Below are positions 7,526-12,233 of a stretch of 12,233 nucleotides of DNA, in pieces. The notes under the pieces were generated by a model that ran no database searches, was not told where the DNA came from, and saw nothing but the letters and a program-made list of their open reading frames with translations. This stretch comes from Nitrospirota bacterium (GTDB lineage Bacteria > Nitrospirota > UBA9217). Within the stretch, counting starts at the first letter, position 1; the number at the start of each line of letters is the position of its first letter. The stretch lies in the NCBI GenBank assembly GCA_963741205.1, contig CAVUHW010000023.1, positions 1 through 12,233 of the forward strand. Direction: 5' to 3'. The position numbers were made by a program, and so were the translations under genes.

Positions 7526-8616
7526 ATGAGATTGTACACAGGAATTGATCTGCATTCAAGCAACAGTTATCTGGCGATCATCGATGAAACCGGTAAGCGG
7601 GCTATTCAAGAAGAAGCTGCCGAATGATCCGGGACAGATCATTTCGAGCCCTGCGCCATACAAGGATACGACATTACCGGTATCGTCGTCGAGTCTACGT
7701 ACAACTGGTACTGGCTGGTGGATGCTGCTCATGGCGGAGGGATACAAGGTGCATCTCGCCAACCCCAGCGGCGATCACAGAAATATACCGGGCTCAAGTA
7801 TTCAGATGATCAGCATGATGCCTTTTGGCTGGCCGAAATGCTGCGACTCGGCATCCTGCCCGAAGGCTACATTTATCCGAAAGAAGACCGACCGATCCGC
7901 GACTTGTTGCGCAAACGAAGTCATCTGGTAAGGCTCAGGACTTCGCTCATCATCAGCCTGCAGAACATCGTCTGCCGCAACAACGGGTTAGGCTCAAAGA
8001 CGAACGACGTCAAGGCATTGAAGACGGACCGGGTTGCGCCGTTTCTCGCGGAGAACGAAGACCTGGCTTTGGCCGGCAAGGTCAGCAAGGAGTACCATAG
8101 ATTTTCTGACCCGTCAAGATCAAAACCATTGAGACGTTATCGAAGGGAAAGGTGGAACTGCGCGAACCATACAAAAATCTCCTCACGTTCCAGGCAGTCG
8201 GTAAGATTCTGGGACTTACCATCATGCTGGAGACCGGCCCGATCAGCCGCTTTCGAGAAAGTCGGCAACTATTGCTTCCTACTGCCGGAAAGGTTTCGAG
8301 CAAATGGATCAGCAACGATAAGGCGAAAGGCAAAGGGAACAAGAAAAGCGGCAACAAGTATCTGGCGTGGGCCTTTTCCGAAGCTGCCGAGATCGCCCGG
8401 CGCTATTATCCGAAGGCCCGGGCATATTACAACCGCAAGATGCAGAAGACCAACTTCATGATAGCGCATCAAGCCCTGGCCCACAAACTGGCGCGGGCGG
8501 CATATTACATCATGAGGGATCAAGTGCCGTTCATGCCGGAGAAGATGTTTACACAGAGTCATAGGCTGGCTGGGACGGTGAACCTGACTTGGGGTTGGCA
8601 AAACCACGAGACCTGA
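7526..8616 (+). pseudogene. IS110-family DEDD recombinase/transposase with multiple frameshifts
   Basis: AGGAGG RBS precedes ATG 7526. Pieces across frames: MRLYTGIDLHS, IVVESTYNWYW, KYSDDQHDAFWLA, DRPIRDLLRKR, WISNDKAKGKGNKKSGNKYLAWAFSEAA and ALAHKLARAAYYIM. The true 3' end is probably near 8555. Confidence 0.88.
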
Positions 8617-8937
8617 TTGGTAATCCGTCCCACCCTTTATATATAGCGTTATCAGCATCTTTACTGCCCATGCCGTGAGCCATCTTGGGGCTGGTTAACA
8701 ACCATGAGACCTGTACAATCATTGGACACGGCATGGAACCGAAGATTTTCTGGTCCGCCATAAGGCGGAAAGGGTCATGGATAAAGAGCTTCACCAATGA
8801 CCTTAATCCTGATGGGTGACTGGTGCAGTGAAGACTGACACCGAAACCGAATGAAACTGCGGCAATGGTAAGGATGAAGATAACGAAAAGGCTCGGCGAG
8901 AAACGTTCCGTTTCTCGCCACAAGATAGCTTTTTTCG
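8571..8937 (+). ncRNA. Putative bridge/seek RNA: two target-binding loops + one donor-binding loop
   Basis: Three units of the form GA(A/G)CCN-guide-TGG...CC(A/T)-guide-..TGG at 8571-8632, 8668-8736 and 8736-8823. The guides match the target and the donor junction. Confidence 0.75.
8884..8937 (+). terminator. Strong hairpin closing the IS 3' non-coding region
   Basis: GGCGAGAAACG-ttc-CGTTTCTCGCC (8895-8919) sits within CGAAAAGGCT/AGCTTTTTTCG. Confidence 0.55.
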
Positions 8938-9055
8938 CTTGACGGTGCCCTTTAAATGGGTGACCCTCATGATTCCCTTAACCCTAAAGGTTCCCTTTTC
9001 AGACACAATGTCCCGGAGTTGTACTTTCCACCCGGCGATTCAAGCGGCAAGAGAT

Positions 9056-9457
9056 CTACTTCATTTTGAGCCCGCCGTTCGCCGGGGAATATTCTCCGAG
9101 CTTCTTCCCGGTCTTCTGGTCGATGACCAGAACAATATTCTTTTGCGGATCTTCTGTTTTATAATAGGCCCAGACCGCATTGAGGATCTGTTCCTTCTCT
9201 TCGATCGATAACTCGATGAATTGCCGGCCGACCAACACGCGGGTAACGGGACTATTGTCCTCGATCTTGGAAATGATGCCGAGTTTGATCGTGTCCTTTA
9301 TAAAGGCGAGTCTTTTCTGCTGCAATTCCGGATCGCCACGATGCGCTGTTTTTTTGTTTGCTGAAGTCGCCTGGGGAAAGGCCTTCCCGTTCGCTGCGAT
9401 TAAAACGACAACCAATCCGATCCCGAGAAACCGTGTCCATCTGAAAGACAAATGCAT
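9056..9457 (-). CDS. Hypothetical exported protein (133 aa)
   Basis: GGAG upstream, N-terminal signal/TM segment FLGIGLVVVLIAA, and protein-like composition. Confidence 0.7.
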   Translation of the reverse strand: MHLSFRWTRFLGIGLVVVLIAANGKAFPQATSANKKTAHRGDPELQQKRLAFIKDTIKLGIISKIEDNSPVTRVLVGRQFIELSIEEKEQILNAVWAYYKTEDPQKNIVLVIDQKTGKKLGEYSPANGGLKMK

Positions 9458-9544
9458 TTTGATCTCGCTCCGAAACCACCAAGGAAACGTTGTTGCACCC
9501 TTGCGTCGCCCACGTTCTCTCTGTCATTACCTGAGACCCTTGAT

Positions 9545-9562
9545 GGTCAGGTCTTTAATGTT
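9545..9562 (-). repeat. REP-like motif copy (minus strand AACATTAAAGACCTGACC)
   Basis: Same family as the RAYT ends and the IS target. Abuts the stop codon of the HAD gene at 9563. Confidence 0.7.
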
Positions 9563-10138
9563 CTACGAGTCTGGTCCCAGGATATAGCGCAGAACAGCCT
9601 TCAGGTCCGGAAACAGCCCGAACCCATTGCCCGCATATGCCCTGTTCCACGGAAACAGCAGCCCGGCGCCCTTCGCGCCGCGCGCCACCGCCCGCTCGAG
9701 TGTTGCCGGCGCATCATCGACGACCACGGCGGCACGGTCGAAGAGCACGGTCTTGTCGAACGAGAGATGGAGTTCATCATAGGCGAGCGCATGCCGCGCA
9801 AGCCATCGTTCCGTGGGTTGTCTCGTTTCGGCCATTCGGTGACTTGCGATGATGATATGGAACCCCCGGTCCCTGAGCGACAGGAGGAAGTCGCGCGCCT
9901 CGGGGTAGGGCCGGAAGCGGTCGCTGTCCTGTTCTAAATGGATCGAATTGATCGCTGCCATGAACTCTTCTTTCGAACAGTATGGTTCCCAGAAGTCGAA
10001 GGTCGACCACTGATCGATCGGAGGGAATTGCGGGTTCAGCTTCTGGAGCTCCAAGTAAAAGGCGTCGCAAAACTGCCACAGCGTGTTGTCGATATCAATA
10101 ACCGCTGTCTTCTTCATAACCGGCGTTTTTCCCATCAC
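9563..10138 (-). CDS. HAD-superfamily hydrolase, 5'(3')-deoxyribonucleotidase (NT5C)-like
   Basis: Motif I AVIDIDNTL, RPYPEA, motif II IIIASHR, TERWL, K and VVVDD, LFPWNR. The start may be a few codons downstream. Confidence 0.85.
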   Translation of the reverse strand: MMGKTPVMKKTAVIDIDNTLWQFCDAFYLELQKLNPQFPPIDQWSTFDFWEPYCSKEEFMAAINSIHLEQDSDRFRPYPEARDFLLSLRDRGFHIIIASHRMAETRQPTERWLARHALAYDELHLSFDKTVLFDRAAVVVDDAPATLERAVARGAKGAGLLFPWNRAYAGNGFGLFPDLKAVLRYILGPDS

Positions 10139-10235
10139 GCATTGTAACTTCTTTGTCGCTGGAATTCAACTCTGTCCTTATGGAGGTGTCGTTCGCTATC
10201 AAAAGGAAGAATTGTCGAGCCGCAAGAACTGCGCC

Positions 10236-10463
10236 TCAGATGTGTTTGAGAACGTGGGAAGCCTGACATTTCAGACCAGAACCCAGGCTGCTCTCTGTTT
10301 CGGGAAACAAGGATACCTTGAAATGGTGTTGGCGAAACAATGGGCAGAGTGTAAACCAAACACCTTTACAATACTTCTCCGATGAGAAAAGCGTGTTGGC
10401 CAAGAGATTGCTTGTAGATCTGCAGGGTTTCAAACGGTTATATACGAGTAGTGGGCAATCCAT
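10236..10463 (-). CDS. Small Cys-rich hypothetical protein (CP-x9-C-x17-C-x7-CP)
   Basis: GGGGGAGA RBS precedes ATG. Four regularly spaced Cys suggest metal binding. Confidence 0.5.
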   Translation of the reverse strand: MDCPLLVYNRLKPCRSTSNLLANTLFSSEKYCKGVWFTLCPLFRQHHFKVSLFPETESSLGSGLKCQASHVLKHI

Positions 10464-10711
10464 TAGTTTCTCCCCCGGCTAACGTGCAACAGCTTGGATG
10501 AAAGCCGTTAGTTTCGCACATCGTAAATTTAAAAATCAATCGTCAATATAACTGCAATTCGCGCACCGTTTTCTTGTCATTTTAATTCGCTAGGAAATTA
10601 AGTAGTTTCCAGAAAGAAAGCTGACAAAAATTGACAATTTTCGGTTAGCGGCTGACATGATCCGGCACCCGTAAAGAAGGAGGAAGCTGTTGACGGAACA
10701 TTAAGGGTGAA

Positions 10712-10848
10712 CTAGTGGTTGTCCATTAGGCAATGCGCACGGCAGATCCAGTTATAGGGTTAATTCACATGCTGGCGGTGTTCAGAAAATTGATCCGGTC
10801 CTGATTGCACTTGAAAACGGCTTTCTTTTCATTGCCGCGGGAAGTGAT
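10712..10848 (-). pseudogene. Degenerate fragment of a second RAYT gene
   Basis: Aligns to 5626-5763. Reads ITSRGNEKKAVFKCNQDRINFLN...YNWIC..CLMDNH*, with a frameshift and TAG in the HYH motif. Confidence 0.85.
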
Positions 10849-10860
10849 GAGCGCCAGCGT

Positions 10861-10883
10861 CCTTCGGGGGGCCACCCCGAAGG
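10861..10883. terminator. GC-rich hairpin (terminator or REP-like)
   Basis: CCTTCGGGG-ggcca-CCCCGAAGG, 9-bp perfect stem, no U-tract. Confidence 0.4.
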
Positions 10884-11147
10884 TTATGACAGCGCTGCGA
10901 GTGGCTCAATGCTGCGACTGCGTTGTTCTACTTGATGTGCAATTCGCTTTATGAGTTGTTCACTCAATGCGACATTACCTACATTTAGAAGTATTTCAGG
11001 CTTACTCCCATTAAACAAACGGAGAGAATCAGGAGATTCTTTAATCAAATACCAACCGGGACTAGCGAGCACGGGACGTACGTCGACGCGCTCGCCGACT
11101 GCAGAGCTGAGCCATTGCGTGAGCCATGTAAAGGAAACGTCTCGTCG

Positions 11148-11450
11148 TTATCGTTTTTTCTTAGCTGTCTTCTTGTCCCCTGCCTTTTTCTTGGCCTTCT
11201 TCGCTGTCACCTTTTTTGCCACTTTCTTTTGTGCGGCCTTTTTCCCCGTCTTTTTCTTGGCCCTCTTCTTCGCTGCCACCTTTTTCCGGGACGTTGCCGC
11301 CCGCGGGGAGGGAACTTCCGGAACATTCACTTCAGTCGTTTTTAGACTGCAGCAGTATATCGGCTCCTCGTATACGTCTCCTGTCGTCGTCACATCGATT
11401 TTTCTGCCGCATACCTTGCATTCGTACTGCATGATCTTCTTAATTGCCAT
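11148..11450 (-). CDS. Desulforedoxin-like metal-binding domain fused to a Lys/Ala-rich histone H1-like tail (100 aa)
   Basis: AAGGAGG RBS precedes ATG 11450. YECKVCG...IYCC is followed by KKVAAKKRAKKKTGKKAAQKKVAKK repeats. Confidence 0.75.
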   Translation of the reverse strand: MAIKKIMQYECKVCGRKIDVTTTGDVYEEPIYCCSLKTTEVNVPEVPSPRAATSRKKVAAKKRAKKKTGKKAAQKKVAKKVTAKKAKKKAGDKKTAKKKR

Positions 11451-11637
11451 GTGTCTTTCCTCCTTAGATAAGATCCTAAAATACTCATTGCGGTAGATCT
11501 TGTCCTTGCCGTCTGCCATTCGATCAGCTTGGATACCGAAGTGGCTTCTTTCAGTCGTTGACTTTTTCTTATCATTCATTTTGACAACCTTGCACCAAAA
11601 TAAACGTAGAGATCATACTCACAACCTTACTACTGCA

Positions 11638-12219
11638 CTACTGCCCCTGTCTCGCTGCACTCTCCAGGTCTTTATTGCCGTCGATGAACTTTAGATTGAA
11701 CTTGAACCGGTCGATTTTCCAGCCGCCGTCCCCTTTGACGAGATGGTAATCATAACTTCCCACAAAGACCCGGGTGTTCTGGTTCGTGGGGTTCGGGAGG
11801 TAGTGATAGGCGATACCGTAGCAGAACAGGTCCGCTTCGTTTCCTTTGATTGTCGCCTGGTAATTACCCGCCTGGTGATGGATTGCCCTGATAGCCTTTA
11901 ACCCCTGTTCCCACATGTCCGCGATCTGTTGGGGCGTCTTTTTCTCGGGCTGGCCGCCGGAAAGGGAGGTCATGTCAAAGAGCACTTCGGGAGCGAACAC
12001 ATCTTTGACGCAGGCCCAGTCACGATTGTCAGTGCAGATGAAGAGCTTGTTGGCAACGTCTATGACGTCGTTCCGGTCCTTGAGATCGGATAATTCATGG
12101 TGAAACTTTTCATGATGGTGAGATGCGCAGCCTGCAATGATCAGGAGCACTAATGTGCAGTTCAGGACGGCGGGCCATATTTCCCTGTGATAGGCATAAG
12201 TTCCTCTCAATCGGAGCAA
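11638..12219 (-). CDS. NTF2/SnoaL-like family lipoprotein
   Basis: Lipobox LIIAG-C followed by a His-rich linker, then DNRDWA, FAPEVLFD, HHQAGN, GSYDYHLVK and GWKI. The start is uncertain near the window edge. Confidence 0.85.
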   Translation of the reverse strand: MLRLRGTYAYHREIWPAVLNCTLVLLIIAGCASHHHEKFHHELSDLKDRNDVIDVANKLFICTDNRDWACVKDVFAPEVLFDMTSLSGGQPEKKTPQQIADMWEQGLKAIRAIHHQAGNYQATIKGNEADLFCYGIAYHYLPNPTNQNTRVFVGSYDYHLVKGDGGWKIDRFKFNLKFIDGNKDLESAARQGQ

Positions 12220-12233
12220 ATAGGAAGCGGACC

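Larger units (their letters stand above)
7424..8963 (+). mobile_element. IS110-family insertion sequence, IS1111-type (subterminal IRs, long 3' non-coding end)
   Basis: Subterminal IR TAAAGGGCACC (7435-7445)/GGTGCCCTTTA (8944-8954). TGA core at both ends (7424-7426, 8961-8963). The reconstructed empty site is AAGACC-TGA-CCCT. Confidence 0.88.

Noticed and set aside
8571-8823. CRISPR array interpretation of the repeated units
   Set aside because: There are no identical 25-40-bp repeats with unique spacers and no cas genes. The conserved parts are short guides and scaffold motifs inside an IS end.
8549-9211. ORFs 8549..8923(-), 8803..9006(-) and 8939..9211(+)
   Set aside because: They overlap the structured IS end and cross its boundary, with no protein-like signal.
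10515-10700. Integron attI site
   Set aside because: AT-rich with a GTTAGCG, but there is no integrase and no recognisable paired binding sites. It is equally explained as promoter DNA.
10951-11496. 181-aa Phe-rich plus-strand ORF
   Set aside because: It is the antisense shadow of the Lys-rich tail (AAA/AAG read as TTT/CTT).
11451-11579. N-terminal extension of the H1-like ORF to 143 aa
   Set aside because: AAGGAGG sits directly before ATG 11450, so the shorter start is preferred.

Overview
Accessory-rich bacterial window. The gene style suggests Nitrospirota/Deltaproteobacteria, but this is an impression and was not tested. Genes: a DsrE-family protein, a VOC/glyoxalase, a membrane protein whose 5' end is duplicated, a class-2 O-methyltransferase, ychF (2 single-base frameshifts), an intact REP-associated HUH tyrosine transposase (RAYT) plus a decayed RAYT fragment, a truncated acyl-CoA thioesterase, DUF1848, a heavily frameshifted IS110-family (IS1111-type) element, a secreted hypothetical, a HAD/NT5C-like phosphatase, a small Cys-rich protein, a desulforedoxin-like/histone H1-like fusion and an NTF2/SnoaL lipoprotein. 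The most striking signal is the IS110 element (7424-8963). It has subterminal inverted repeats, a duplicated TGA core and a predicted circle-junction promoter. Its 3' non-coding end holds three tandem guide-loop units: two near-identical loops match the target AAGACCTGACCC and one matches the element's own junction. The target motif resembles the inverted repeat flanking the RAYT gene, which recurs at module boundaries in the window. This looks like an RNA-guided IS with a duplicated target-loop (TIGR-like) bridge RNA that targets a RAYT/REP system. All alignments and folds were done by eye.
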